A DNA stretch of 64,000 bases, taken from positions 10,850,001-10,914,000 of the forward strand of contig JBHGNT010000003.1 of the NCBI GenBank assembly GCA_043228905.1, read 5' to 3'. This document shows, in pieces, positions 37,201-51,435 of this stretch; the first letter of the stretch is position 1; each line of letters begins with the position of its first letter. Both the position numbers and the translations under genes were made by a program. This DNA is from Azolla caroliniana (lineage: Eukaryota > Plantae > Polypodiophyta). The notes beneath the pieces were generated by a model. That model was not told where the DNA came from. It made no database searches and worked only from the letters and a program-made list of their open reading frames with translations.

Positions 37201-40200
37201 CACCTGGTGGCGTGGGCTCCGAACTTTGGGGAAATTTCCCGATACTTGGACAGATTTTGTCACAGTTTTCAAGGGCCAATTTCTGCAACCTCGCTCTCGA
37301 ACCGAGGCAGCACAAGCATTAATGAACCTCTCTAGTCGGAAATTTTGTTCGCTAGAAGACTATGTCCACCATGCTAGAACCCAAATCCAAAATTTGGATC
37401 TAGAAGGGGACAATTGGTTAATAGCTTGTTTTGTCAATGGCATCCCCAATTCAGACTATCAAATCCTTCGAAGAGGCCGTTGAAATAGTTCTTCACTATC
37501 AACGCACTTCGAAGAAGGACCATAACAAACCCAACGAAGCGCCCAGGACTAAGCACTTGCAATTCGCTAGGAAACGCAAGACCCCCAACCAATTCATGGA
37601 TCGCGATTGTAAGCAACAACCGTATTCTGCAAAAAGAAGGGTCATACAAAAGAACAATGTCGAAAGCTCCAACGGAAAGAGCACGAAAACAAAGCAAAAG
37701 TTGTAGACCATAAATGTCAGATTCCTAATGTTCTTCAGGTCTATACACATCATTTAAGTAATTGTTAATGTTCTTTCCCTCACTATGTATTGGGACCCAA
37801 TGATTTACTACGTGCAAACAAGTATATCAATGGATCTCCCGTACAATTTTTATTTGATTCGGGAAGCTCACAAAATTTTGTGAATGATCATTTGGTTCAG
37901 ATATGGGGTTCATCCAACCCACCATAAGTAATCACACCTATAGGGTGCACTTGGCTAATGGAAGAGTACAATACATCAACGGGGTGATTCATTCATTAGG
38001 AATTTCTATTGATACTTATATAGAGGAAGTAGACTTCCATGTAATGAATCTTTGTACCAGTGATGTAATACTAGGTTATCCCTGGTTTTTAATAAAAACT
38101 CTTCTTTATCTATTGATTGGGTTCATCATTCAATTACTTTTGTATTGAACGATTGTACTCATTTTATTCAATGTGTTAAAAAACAATCTCTTTCGATTGT
38201 TTCCTCTCCATCAATATCTGAGTTGTTTTGTTCTACTTTATTTTATTGTGTATTTGATCCAGAGATTCACGTTTACAATGTTGATAATGTCTTAGTTCAA
38301 TTATCATATTTTGAACAACAACTCGATGAAATCTTAAATGATTTTCGTGATGTTTTTCCGAGTGAACTACCACATGGGTTACCTCCTAAACATAATATAG
38401 ACCATCGTATAGATATTGTACCTGGCCTTGCACCAATAAGTATACCTCCTTATCGTTTAAGTTTATCCGAAGAGGATGAGGTATCTAAGAAACTCAAGGA
38501 CTCTTTACGAATGGGTTATATACGTTATAATAAATCTCCATGGGGTGCACCTGTTCTCTAGGTAAAAATGAAAGAGGGCACATGGCATATATGTATTAAT
38601 TACCGACGCTTGAATAAAGTGACAATTAAGAATTCATATCCATTGCCCCGGGCTGACGATCTAATTGATCGTCTCCAGGGAGCTCGGTATTTTACAAAAC
38701 TTGATCTCCGTACGGGCTACCATCAAATTCGTATAAGTGAGGACGATGTTCCTAAAACGGCATTTCGTATGCACTATGGCCATTATGAGTTTTTGGTTAT
38801 GCCTTTTGGTTTGACCAATGCTCCGACCACATTTCAACAAGAAATGAATGACATTTTTCGAGAACAACTTGGAAAATTTGTCATTATTTTCTTGGATAAT
38901 ATTCTAGTTTATAGTCATACATTAGAAAAACATGCTAAACCTGTTTGCTTTGTTTTACAAACATTGTGTGACAAGCAATTCTACGCGAAGATCTCAAAAT
39001 GCGAGTTCTTCAAGAAATCAATTACTTATCTTGCACATCTCATAACCGAACGAGGAGTTGAAATTGATCCTTCTCGCATCGAGAAAATCAAACTTTGGCC
39101 CACTCTTCGGAATATTTGAGAAGTTCGATCATTCCTTGATTTTATTAGGTTTTTGCAAAAATCCCTTCTTAATTACTCCCAATTGACGACGTCGTTTCCT
39201 GAACTTCTAAAAGGTCAAATGCATAAGTCTACAAAACCTATTGTGTGGAATGCTACACTAGACCTCGCCTTTAAGAAACTCAATGACCTGGTGTGCAAGG
39301 CTCCTTCCCTTCTTTTACCTAATCCTTCAAAACCTTTTGAGGTTGAAATCGATGCAAGCGATTATGGTATAGGTGTTGTCTTATATTGTTGAGAATCAAG
39401 CTCAACTTGATCTAGTGTGTGAACTCACCTTGAGAGTGAATAGACACTCCAACAGTCAAGAGTCACCATTAAGTCAACACTTTGTATTCTAGCATTTAGT
39501 ATGAGTCATAGAATCATATTCTATGACACATAATTTATGAGCTTTCACATTCCCCATGCTCCATGAGTCTTGTAGTTAATGAAGAGAGAGGGTGACTATA
39601 TAAAGCACCCTCCTCCCACCTTGTATTCGGTTGAGACTTTCTGCTTTGTTAATACAATCTACCTTGCGTATACTCTGTGTGTGTGTGTGTGTGTGTGTCT
39701 CTCTCTCTCTCTCTCTCATACACACATATGCACATAACACACATCTATTCCGCTACACAAGAATCGTACCCGATTCTTTTCATGGTATCAGAGCGATTTG
39801 GTAGTTCGATATAAGCCCATTCGCCTCATCGTGATCGTGTGTTGTGCTCCACACCGACGACCAAGAACCGGCCCATCGCTATCGTAGCTTCGCTACATAG
39901 CTCGCATTCGAAGAGAGAAGAAGAAGAAGAAGAATCGACAAAATGAATACTCAAATGGGGAGCGCTCTCCCTACCGAGAAGTTGGATCGAAATAACTTCG
40001 CATCTTGGGAGTACAAGATGCACCAATACCTTGTCGGACAAGGCTATTGGAGCTACATCAAAGGAGCGCATGAAGACCGACACGCCGAAGCGGCTCCCGA
40101 ATACGCGACATGGGAGCAAGCCGCAAGCCGCGTGATGTATTGCTTGGCGACATGTGTTCCCGATCACATGCTCGACTACATTCGCGAAGCCAAGACGCCG

Positions 40201-41251
40201 AAGGAGGCATGGGAGAATCTACGAAAGATTTTTGCGGCGAACACAACCGCAAGAAGGCTTCAACTCCTCCAAGAGTTGAACAACATTCAACAAAGGGACA
40301 TGTCCATCACGACATACACCTCGAAGATCAAGGAGCTTTGCGATTTGCTCATCTCAATAAGCGTAAATATCGATGATGATGAGATGGTTCAAATATGCCT
40401 CGGCGGCCTCGCACCACAGTTCGGCGCGATGCGAACCGCCGTTCTAGCACGAGAGAAATATCCCTCCTTCTTCGACCTCCAATCAATGGTATTGGTCGAA
40501 CAAAACCATGTGCGTACAAGGAGCAATGAGTCGGAAGGCCACATGCTCTACACGCACTCGAACGGAGGAAGAGGACGCGGACGGTCAAGAGACCAATTCG
40601 GCCAAGGACAAGGCGGACGAGGTCCGACCTACGATAACAACTCCCAATTTCGGCCGCAAAACGGAAGCCAACGAGGAACCTTCGCAAGAAGGGGGAGCTT
40701 CCACTCCGGCCCGAGCCGTCAAAACGCAACCAAATGCGGATATTGCGGAAAGCTCGGCCACCACGAAGAAGAGTGCCGAAAGAAGATGCGTGAATCGGCT
40801 TCCACAAGCCGACAACTCACAAATTACGCGCACAATTCCGACTACGAAGATCGTGGCGGAATGTATGAACGCAACTCCGACCATGGTGGAATGTTCATGA
40901 TGAAACATAGAGCAAACTCTATGTCGGCCTCTACCTCAACTCGTGCCCTCAATCCAGAGGACGTATGGTTTGTTGACTCTGGAGCCTCAAACCATATGAC
41001 ATCCCACAAAGAATGGTTTCTCGAACTTCGAGAGCCGGAGCGACCCGGTTATGTCGAAACCGGAGATGACACTACGCACCCAATTCGGCACATCGGCAAT
41101 GTTCCGTTCGGTGAAAGAGGTAAGCAAACATACATTAAAAATGTCTTGCATGTTCCCACCATCACGAAGAATTTGGTCTCGATCGGCCAAATGGTTGAGC
41201 AAGGGATGCAAGTACGATTTGACCAAGAAGGGTACTTCATCGAAAAAGAAG

Positions 41252-42575
41252 GCCAAATCATTGCACGCGGAAGAAGAGAAGGCCGGATGTTCATTCTCGA
41301 TTCACGTGAGATGAAATCCGCCATGTTCGCGAAAAGCACGAAAGCCGACTCCGACATAGAGCTATGGCACAAACGAATCGGCCACATCAATCTCAACAAA
41401 CTCAAAGCAATGAAATCGAAAGCAGTCGTCATCGAACTCCCGACATTCAAAGAGAAGGAGATTGAAGGTGTATGCGAAGCGTGCCAATTCGGCAAGCAAC
41501 ACCGACACCCATTCCCGAAAGAGCGGAACGTGAGCAAAGGTCTACTTAACGTAGTCCATTCCGACGTGTGGGGACCGGCGCAGACGACTACATTTGGCGG
41601 ATGCCGATATTACGTGCTCTTCATCGACGACTTCTCCAGGCACACTTGGATCTACCCGATGCAGCAAAAGAGTGAAGTGTTCGGACACTTCCAAACATTC
41701 AAGAATGAAGTCGAGAAAGCCACGGGCCGACATGTACGATGTCTTCGATCGGATGGTGGCAAGGAGTACTTCTCGAACGATTTCACGGCGTATCTCCGAA
41801 AGGAAGGAATTCAGCGAGAATTCACTTGTCGACACACTCCGCAACAAAACAGAGTAGCCGAGCGCAAAAATCGGCACATCCTCGAAGTAGCGCGGGCCAT
41901 GATGAACAAGAAGCATATGCCAAATCATCGCACGCAGAAGAAGAGAGGGCCGGATGTTCATTCTCGATTCACGCGAGATGAAATCCGCCATGTTCGCGAA
42001 AAGCACGAAAGCCGACTCCGACATAGAGCTATGGCACAAACGAATCGGCCACATCAATCTCAACAAACTCAAAGCAATGAAATCGAAAGCAGTCGTCATC
42101 AGACTCTCGACATTCAAAGAGAAGGAGATTGAAGGTGTATGCGAAGCATGCCAATTCGGCAAGCAACACCGACACCCATTCCCGAAAGAGCGGAACGTGA
42201 GCAAAGGTCTACTTGACGTAGTCCATTCCGACGTGTGGGGACCAGCGCAGACGACTACATTTGGCGGATGCCGATATTACGTGCTCTTCATCGACGACTT
42301 CTCCAGGCCCACTTGGATCTACCCGATGCGGCAAAAGAGCGAAGTGTTCGGACACTTCCAAACATTCAAGAATGAAGTCGAGAAAGCCACGGGCCGACAT
42401 GTACGATGTTTTCGATCGAATGGTGGCAAGGAGTACTTCTCGAACGATTTCACGGCGTATCTCCAAAAGGAAGGAATTCGACGAGAATTCACTTGTCGAC
42501 ACACTCCGCAACAAAACAGAGTAGCCGAGCGCAAAAATCAGCACATCCTCGAAGTAGCGTGGGCCATGATGAACG
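41252..42575 (+). repeat. 667-bp tandem duplication of the pre-integrase/integrase region
   Basis: GCCAAATCAT starts both copies (41252, 41919); copies are near-identical; the duplication causes a frameshift. Confidence 0.92.
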
Positions 42576-44859
42576 AGTCATATTGGGCCGAAGCTGCAAA
42601 TACGGCCGTCTACCTAATGAATTGGTGCACAACATCCAGCATGCACAAGGTCACTCCACACGAAAAATACTTCAGAAAGAAGCCGGACTTATCACATGTT
42701 CAGATATTTGGCTCCATTGTGTACGTGCACATCCCCAATGAGAAGCGTCAAAAGCTTGACCCAAAGTCGGAGAAATGTATCCTCGTAGGATACTCACTAG
42801 AGCAAAAGGGGTACAAGTGCTACAACCCCTCAACTCGAAAATCTCGAGTAAGTCGAGACGTCGTTTTTTACGAGTCCGCATCCTGGTATGCACCAGAGAC
42901 AACTCCGACTCCGCTCGACCCGGAATCCGCCGAACAAGAGATCAAGGATGAAGATCGCCTTACACGCATGTTCGAAGAAAGTCCGATCACGACCCGACTG
43001 AGCGGACCACAAGAGACTTTGAGCGATCAAAGCACATCACAGCCTAGCCCGAAGATGGACAAAGGCAAGGCGAAAATGGCGGAATACGAAGACGATTGCT
43101 TCGACGACGATGAATTGCCTCACTCACTCGACAGTGATTTCGGCGGCTTCGATGTACCAATCGGAGCTAAGAAAGCCCTCATCTCTGCAAATGAAAAGCT
43201 CCACTGATCCACTCGTGAAAAGAACCCCGTAAGCCGATTCGGCTACAACGATTATATGGCGTACCATTACGCCTTTATGATGAAAGTAGCGACAGTATGG
43301 GAGCCGAAAACCTTTTCCGAAGCCGCGAAGGACCCGCGATGGATCGAATCCATGAACGAGGAGATGCATGCCCTATGCAAGAACATGGGATCTCATTCCC
43401 ACCTCACCACACAAAAAGTCGATCAGATGCAGATGGATTTACAAAGTGAAGTAGAACGCCGACGGTTCCGTCAACCGCTACAAAGCGCGACTCGTAGCGA
43501 AAGGATACGCCCAAACGCACGGAGTTGACTACGAGGAGACCTTTGCACTGGTGATAAAGATGACAACGGTGCGGACCGTAATTGCGCTTGCCATAGTGAA
43601 AGGGTGGCACCTCCATCAAATGGACGTCAAGAACGCCTTTCTACAAAGATGAATTAGAAGAGGAGGTGTACATGATACAACCACCCACCTTCAACTCGAG
43701 CACCCATCCGAAAGTTGTATGCCGACTCAAGAAGCCACTCTACGGCCTCAAGCAAGCACCGCGTGCTTGGCATTCGAAGATAATGCAATATCTTCATCAA
43801 ATCGGCTTCCGTATGTCAAAATCAGACAACTCCCTCTACATACGAAGCGATTCCGCAAGTCCGATCGTCATCATCTTATATGTGGATGACCTAGTCATTG
43901 GAGGTGAGCATCTCATCGAAATCAATAAGGTCAAATCCCTCCTTTGCGACAAGTTCGAGATGACGGACATGATGGAGCTCCACTACTTCCTTGTCATCGA
44001 GGTAATTCGGACTCCGGCTGGAATCATGATCTCTCAACGGCACTACATCCTCAACTTGTTATACAAGTTAGGGATGGCTGAATGCAAATCCGCGGCAACC
44101 CTGCTCGATCGCAATATCAAACTAGATGCAAACTCCGGCACCAAAGCGTGTGAGCTGACTCAGTATCGGCAACTCATCGGGAGTCTCATCTACCTCACGA
44201 TCACTCGACCCGATCTCAGTTATCCGGTCGGTCTCCTTAGCCAATTCATGCAAACACCATGTGATGCTCACTTGGATTGCGCTAAGCGAGTTCTAAGATA
44301 CGTGAGCGGCACAATGGATTGCGGCATCCTCTACAAGACCACGATGCCAATACGACTCGAGGGGTACACCGACGCCGATTGGGCCGGCTACAAAGCCGAT
44401 AGAAGATCAACCTCCGGATTTGTTTTCTCCCTCGGCAGCGGACCAATATCCTGGAGTAGCAAGAAGCAACCAACCATCGCTCTTTCGAGCACAGAGGCGG
44501 AATACAGGGGCGTGGCAGTGGCCACATCTGAAGCCGTATGGCTCAAAAGGATACTCAAGCATCTAGGCGTACCCATCAAGGATCCGATTTCCCTTTACTG
44601 CGACAACATGAGCAGTATCTATCTGGCTCAGAACCTGGTGTTCCACACGCGGACAAAGCACATCGAAGTGCACTATCACTAAATCCGAGAGCGCCTTCTA
44701 GTTGGTGATGTCGACCTACAACACAGTAGCACCAATCTTTAAACGGTCGACATCTTCACTAAAGCCTTAAGAGCCGACAAGCTGTGGCAATTCATGACCG
44801 ATCTCGGATTGACGATCCCTGACCTGCCAAGCTTGAGGGGGAGTACTAAAGATGCTACA

Positions 44860-44963
44860 CAATAACGTGTGGATTCCGCAAACCGCGCACACTACGCAAT
44901 AACGTGTGGATTCCGCAAACTACGCACACTACGCAATAACGCATGGATTACGCAACCACGCAA
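44860..44963 (+). repeat. 37-bp tandem repeat (about 2.8 copies) in the Copia 3'UTR
   Basis: Unit CAATAACGTGTGGATTCCGCAAACYRCGCACACTACG. Confidence 0.85.
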
Positions 44964-47546
44964 TGAGAATGAATAGACACTCCAACAGTCAAGTGTCACC
45001 ATTAAGTCACCACTTTGTATTCTAGCATTTAGTATGAGTCATAGAATCATATTCTATGACACATAATTTATGAGCTTTCACATTCCCCATGCTCCATGAG
45101 TCTTGTAGTTAATGAAGAGAGAGGGTGACTATATAAAGCACCCTCCTCCCACCTTGTATTCGGTTGAGACTTTCTGCTTTGTTAATACAATCTACCTTGC
45201 GTATACTCTGTGTGTGTGTGTGTGTCTCTCTCTCTCTCTCTCATACACACATACGCACATAACACGCATCTATTCCGCTACACAAGAATCGTACCCGATT
45301 CTTTTCATATATCAAGATGGTAAACCAATTATAGCATTCGAGAGTAAGAAACTTGATTCTACTCAATGTCGGTATACTGTTCAAAAAAAGGAATTATTTG
45401 TAGTTATACATGCGCTCAAAACATGGCCCCATTATCTTTATGGAAATCGCTTTGTGGTAACTACGAACCACCAGTCCTTGAAATATTTTTGTGATCAACA
45501 AGACCTGAAAGGTCATAAGGCACAATGGGCTAATCTCATCCAGGACTTTGATTTTTCCATACGATATCATAAAGGTTCCGTGAACACTGTCGCTTATGCA
45601 CTAAGTCACATCCGTGAAGTTAACATGCTTAGATTCAGATCTTTATGATCACCTTCGAGGAAAGTATCCTGATGGTAGTTATTTTGCGAAATACTGGGCA
45701 AGAGTTGAGTCTGGATTAGACACCACCACATCCTCGAAGGAACTTCCACATTGCTAACGGTCTACTCTACCCTAATGGGAAGGTTTGTGTTCTAGATTTG
45801 CCAGAGGTCAAAAAGAGAATTCTTTTTGAATGCCATGATGCACCTCCGCAGGGCACCCTGGAATACATCGTACACTCATTCTCATCTCCACTCAATTCTA
45901 TTGGCCTAAGATGCGTCCCGACATACATAGTTATGTGACTAAATTTCACCAATGTCGGGTTAACAAAGTCGAGCGATTTAAAGCCATAGGACTTTTACAT
46001 CCCTTGGACATTCCCAATAATAAGTGGGAAAGTATATCCATGGATTTTATTGTTAGCCTTCCTCGCACCAAAAAGGCCATGATGCCATCTGGGTTGTGGT
46101 TGATAGACTAACTAAAATGGCCAGATTTATTGCTATTAAAACCACGGTAACAACTCCTGAATTGGCTTACCAATTTGTTGACAAGTTATTTCGTTTTTAT
46201 GCGTTACCGATGGATATCGTGAGTGATCGAGATCCAAAGTTTACTAGTGACTTCTAGATGCAAGTCTTTAAGAAGTTAGAAACTACGTTGAGCATGAGCT
46301 CCACAAATCATCCTCAATCCGATGGAAAGACAGAACGAGTAAATCAAATTATTGAGGACATGCTTCGAGCATATGTTGGTACAAAACCAACAAAATGAGA
46401 ATGTTATCTCCCAATTTTGGAGTTTGCTTATAACAACTCCAAGCATGCGTTGACGGGATATAGTCCTTTTATGTTGATGTATGGTTTTCAGCCACAAGCC
46501 CCGATTGATGTTAATATACATAATGATGAGTTGCGAAGTACGCAAAACTTTCTTCAAGATATGCAAGATATGTTGCATATTGCACAGATAATATAAAAAC
46601 AGCTCAAGATAGAGTGTGTTTTTACGCCGATCATAATAGGAAACTTCGTGTATTCAATCCTGGACAGAAGGTATTTTTATGTGTACCTCACAATTCTAAG
46701 ACATTGTCTACGGGTAAGTGCGTTAAGTTAGCCCCACGGTTTTGTGGACCTTTCCAAGTCCTCAAACGCATTGGTTCATCAGCCTATCGTCTCGCTCCTC
46801 CCAATGGCATTGAAATTCATCCAGTTTTTCATGTAAGTCGTCTAAAAGAACTTCTAGGTTCTACAACTGAAACTCTGGTTACTTCTGAGGAATTATCTTC
46901 TAAACCACATGTACCAGAAAGAATTCTCAATGTTAAAACAAAAAATCTGTGTACTAAAATAATTCATGAATTTAAAATTAAATGGATGGATAAATCTATC
47001 AAAGATGCCACATGGGAACGCGAAAATACTCTTAGAACTAACTTCCCTAACTTTCCATTTCAAGAGTGCAATCTTTTAAAGAGGGGGATTATGTTACGGG
47101 CATGACCATATTAATATCCCATGCTGAGAATTTACCGTAGTATTCTATACACATGGATAAGTGTAAGGGTTAAATGAGAGTGTAAAGAAGGGGAGGATTA
47201 CTTTTAATCCTCGGGACTAAGACAACCCATTAGGCCAAGTGTGAACTTGCCTGGGGGCCTTGGGTATTGCTATGAATATGAGGCCTAGCTACCCTCATTT
47301 CATCATCTGTTGACTACGTCGAGACTCTGTTTCGTGGAGGGTCAACTCTTGTAGTGAGCGCGCTAGCACCAAGTACGACTCTTCTCCACGGCGGTGGTAT
47401 GGGATGCCGATCAAGGCTCGAGTCCGTCTCGATCCCTTCGCTCAGGGGTGGTCGGGTGGATCGGCACCCTTCTTTCTCTCTCTCCTTTCTTATTTCATAT
47501 ATCCTATATCCTTATCATATGCTTACATTATATCACAACTCTAACA

Positions 47547-48893
47547 CATACCCTACGCATTGGCAGTAGGAAGTATCATGTAGACGATGGTGGCGACTAG
47601 ACCCGATCTTGCATATGTTGGGGGGTCATCAGCCAATACATGTCAAATCTAGGACGGAAGCATTGGGAGGCCTTCAAACACATTCTCTGGTACCTAAAAG
47701 GAACCGAAGATGCACAACTTACTTTCAAATCGACAAACCCGACCGAAGTCGAAGGCTACACCGACTTTGATTACGCCGGGAATTCAGATAATCGGAAGTC
47801 GACATCAGGTTACATCTTCACCTATGGTGGCGGCGCTATATCATGGAGGTCAAAGATCCAAGAGTGCACGGACCTGTCTACCACAAAGACCGAGTACATA
47901 GTAGTGTCGGAGGCAGCGAAGGAAGCGATCTGGTTGCACTAACTAGCTGCCAACTTTTCGGCTACAAGCCAAATCGATCAACAAGTGCCGACCATCTATT
48001 GTGACTCACAGAGTGCAGTACACATCATCGACAACCCTGTCTATCACACGAAAAAAAAGCATATTGAGGTGCGGTATCATCACATCCGAGAGCTGATAAC
48101 CGAAAAGAAGTTCGAAATCCGAAAGATCGATAGCGAGGTTAACATCGTTGATTTCCTGACGAAGCCACTCCCAAATCAACACTGAGGAACACTGAGGACA
48201 AAGATGACACTACGAAAAGCGACCGAGCAAAAGAAAGCCAACCGAGGAGCAGAAGGGAAGTCGGAAACCGATCCGAACTGACTCACAAAAAGAACGAAAT
48301 CGACACGTTCGGAAACACAAGGGGCTGAAGAAATAGCATTGAGCAAAGATACCGACCAGAAAGGAAACGATCGAGAGGCGAACGAACTCGGATAAAGATC
48401 AAGGATCCAGTTAGGAGCACAAGAGTAGAAATGAGCAAGCTATGAACAATCAACACAAGGCCGAAATCGAGAATAAGACACAAGCCGATTTCAACAATCA
48501 GATCGATTTGAACGAAGGCCAATTCAAACACGTTGATTCGACCAATTTGAACCAGTCGAACCTTGAGGCTAGTCTAATCAGGCTACACATTGACTTCACC
48601 TTCACCAACTCGGGTTTATGCTGACTGACTTGTAATATAAATTTAGATTAATTTTGAGTCTAGGTTTACATGGGAGATAACCCCAATCACTTGTACATGT
48701 AGGAAAGAGTAGTCCCGTTATGGGGGAGTTTGTTGGCATAACGAGCCGACTCCTTCCACTTTGTATCCTAGTGTAAACATGTCCAAAGAGTTAGGGCTTA
48801 AGATATATAAGCTATAACCAAATTTTGTAACTATGTGGCGACTTGATCATTCTTGTATACATTGAGTCGAGAGAGAGAGAGAGAGAGAGAGAG
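47547..48893 (+). mobile_element. 3' fragment of another Copia (RT end, RNase H, PPT, start of LTR)
   Basis: IPYALAVGS, EGYTDFDYAG..RKSTSGY, IYCDSQSA, KHIEVRYH; PPT GGGGGAG then TGTTGGCA at 48731. Confidence 0.8.
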
Positions 48894-49200
48894 ATTATAT
48901 TATCGTCTTCGGAGGTCAAATATGACCTATGAGACCAAAAATATTACTTTCATGTGATACGTGTGGAAGTGAGTAGTGACTCTCGATGTTCAAGAACTTT
49001 ACTAATGAATGTTGCAATCAAGAGTGCACATTGTGGTCATGAGAGGAATTCATGCAAGGATTGGGCTCGGTCGAAGAGATGTGGAAAGCATGGTCAAATA
49101 TGATCAAAGGCAGAGCATTGTATGTATCAAAGTGTGATACTTAGACTCGCGAACTTGTTTAAAAGCTTCCATTTGAGCTCGAACTGTGTCTACGGTTCAA
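48894..49200 (-). mobile_element. LINE 3' end (degenerate); the element may extend further right
   Basis: Minus strand encodes ESKYHTLI../CSAFDHI*PCFPHLF..SLHEFLS, resembling the C-terminal Cys/His region of LINE ORF2; ends in a (CT)n tail. Confidence 0.55.
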
Positions 49201-51188
49201 TCATATCCTCTATCACATTCTCTGTGTTGTTTGTTGTGCACATTGACCGACAGGTCCTCACTTGCTTCCGTGCATTATTTCCCACATTTTTAATGTTGCC
49301 TTTATGGTATAGATGGCAAGACACTACGTGCCCCTTCTATAGTAGTATTCTTGGATAATTCTATCGACTATAAGTAGGTGTGCATGGTGTAAGAATATCA
49401 AAAGAAGAACTCTTTCATCGCCAAGTAGGCTTTGTTTTGTTGTGCCAATCATGATCTTTAGCTTGAAAAAACTATGTTGACCTTCGAATGAAACATCATG
49501 GAGATTTTTAAGAAATTCATCCTACATTCTTGCAAGTTTCCTTGGATAACTTTGCATTATTTAAACATATAAGTACCTATTATGACAATTGGCATAGTGC
49601 CTAGAGAAGTCCCATGCTGCATGGTTTTTTGTCCACCTTGCCAATTTCCTATTATTAGCTAAGGTGACATTGAACTTCACCTCAACGAAGGCAAATGAAT
49701 GTTGGATGCTCTTCTTGTGAATACCAAGGCTCTAGCTAGTTTCTTAGGAATATAGGATGGCACAACTAGTTGGTATTGTGCTACTTCATAGTTTTTGCAA
49801 CTCCCTTTTGATGGCATGACCTTTACCTAAATAGATGGTAAGGAAAAAAAGTTCCATGAACCATTTTCTACAACCTGCCTTGAAATGGTGTTGAACCATG
49901 TTCTATGCGAGCCACCAACTATCAATGGTAGGGAAAAGAAGAAACTACGTCATGCAATAATGGGGAAAGAAGCATTTGGAATCATCTACTAAATGAGCAA
50001 GTTCTACTAGACTACTTGTTGGGCTGAAAATAATCTTCCATATTGACCATCTCGCCCTCCTCTATAAGGGTACCAAATATAGTGTTTGTTGTTTCTTTGT
50101 TGGATATTGATCATGCAAGAGTTTGTGGTTTCAATCTTCGATATGCACAAAAACGTTGAAACCTTCGATATGCACAAAAACGCAGGGTGTGATTGATTGT
50201 ATGTCGCCTATTACGTGTGGGGTTAGGGAAGGGCAATGGATTGAGGATGACTTATTGGATGCAAACATCCTCTACATCTGTTATGTACACATAACGTTGG
50301 TGAGGGTAGGTCACTAATATTCACATTAGTGAAGGGTATGTTCACTAATGTTAAAAAGGGGACTAATGATTGGATAGAAGGAATGATAGATGCATGCACT
50401 ATCATGATTTGGACAACCAATGAATGGAGAGCCTTTTGGAAAGGCACATCTATTCAAGGGGGCTAGGAAAAGGTATAAATATGAGGCTTAGCTACCCTCA
50501 TAGGGACATGACGTCGGAAGGTTGTTGTCTTAGACACCAGTGGTGCGGGCTAGGCTTTCGTCTCGACGATCGTGTTTTATCTCTTCCAAGGTATTAGTCA
50601 TCCTAATATCCGGCGGTATGGGACGTCGGTGGTAGGTTGACTATGTCTAGATCATAGCTCGGGGGTGGTCGGGTGGAACGGGTTCTTCTATCCAATCTAT
50701 TTTCCTTCTTTTACTTTACTTTGGTCTATTGATTAGTAATAGACTCTTAACAGTGGTATCAGAGCATTTACTAACATTTTTTTTTTTGTTTTGATGTTTT
50801 TTGCGTGTGAGTGATAGGGATCTAACAAGGCTCGTCATGCTCTTCACATGATCAAAACAACATTCTTTACCCGGTATTCTTCTTTCTCGATCTCTCTTTT
50901 CTTTTCTATGATGCTTTCTTCTTGGTCATATGGAAGTGGTATTACATTTTCTTTTCTTTCTTCTTTCTACCATCATACATTGGTACTCTAATTATGCATC
51001 GGGTCGAGCGTGTTTGCACTAAGCACACACGCTCAACTCATGGCCCATTTGCATATTGCGATGTATCTCCCACTCTCCCCTCTCTTGAGCCATCTTTTAC
51101 GATAATAATTATTCTTGTGCATCAGGTCATTCGTGTTTGCCCTAATTGCACATGCTCACCTCATGGCCTTTTTGCATATGATGTTGAG

Positions 51189-51435
51189 TATGCCACTCTT
51201 CCCTTTATTGAGCCATCACTTGGTTGATTCTATGGGATGTTGTGGTCTTGACGAGGTGTATGTCGCCTACCTATGCCACTCTACTCTCTATTGAGCCATC
51301 ACTTGGCCGATTCTATGGGATGTTGTGGCCTTAATGAGGTATATGTCGCTTACCTATGCCACTTTACTCTTTATTGAGCCATCAATTGGCCGATTCTAGG
51401 GAGATGTGGTGGTCTTGAGGAGGTGTATGTTGACT
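51189..51435 (+). repeat. 83-bp tandem repeat x3 in the Gypsy 5' leader, preceded by two ~120-bp related units
   Basis: TATGCCACT starts units at 51189, 51272 and 51355. Confidence 0.85.

Larger units (their letters stand above)
39387..45307 (+). mobile_element. Copia element nested in the chromovirus RNase H
   Basis: TSD TATAT; 5' LTR 39387-39782; PBS 39783-39794; gag-pol 39943-~44840; 3' LTR ~44964-45307 missing its first ~44 nt. Host GVVLY|QDG is restored on removal. Confidence 0.93.
35950..47546 (+). mobile_element. Ty3/Gypsy chromovirus lacking its 5' LTR
   Basis: gag (WLGRWESYFE, ATWWR), [45 protein letters not shown], chromodomain-like PERILN...FKIKW...ATWE; PPT AAGAGGGGGATTA; 3' LTR 47092-47546. 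The left boundary is approximate. Confidence 0.85.
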
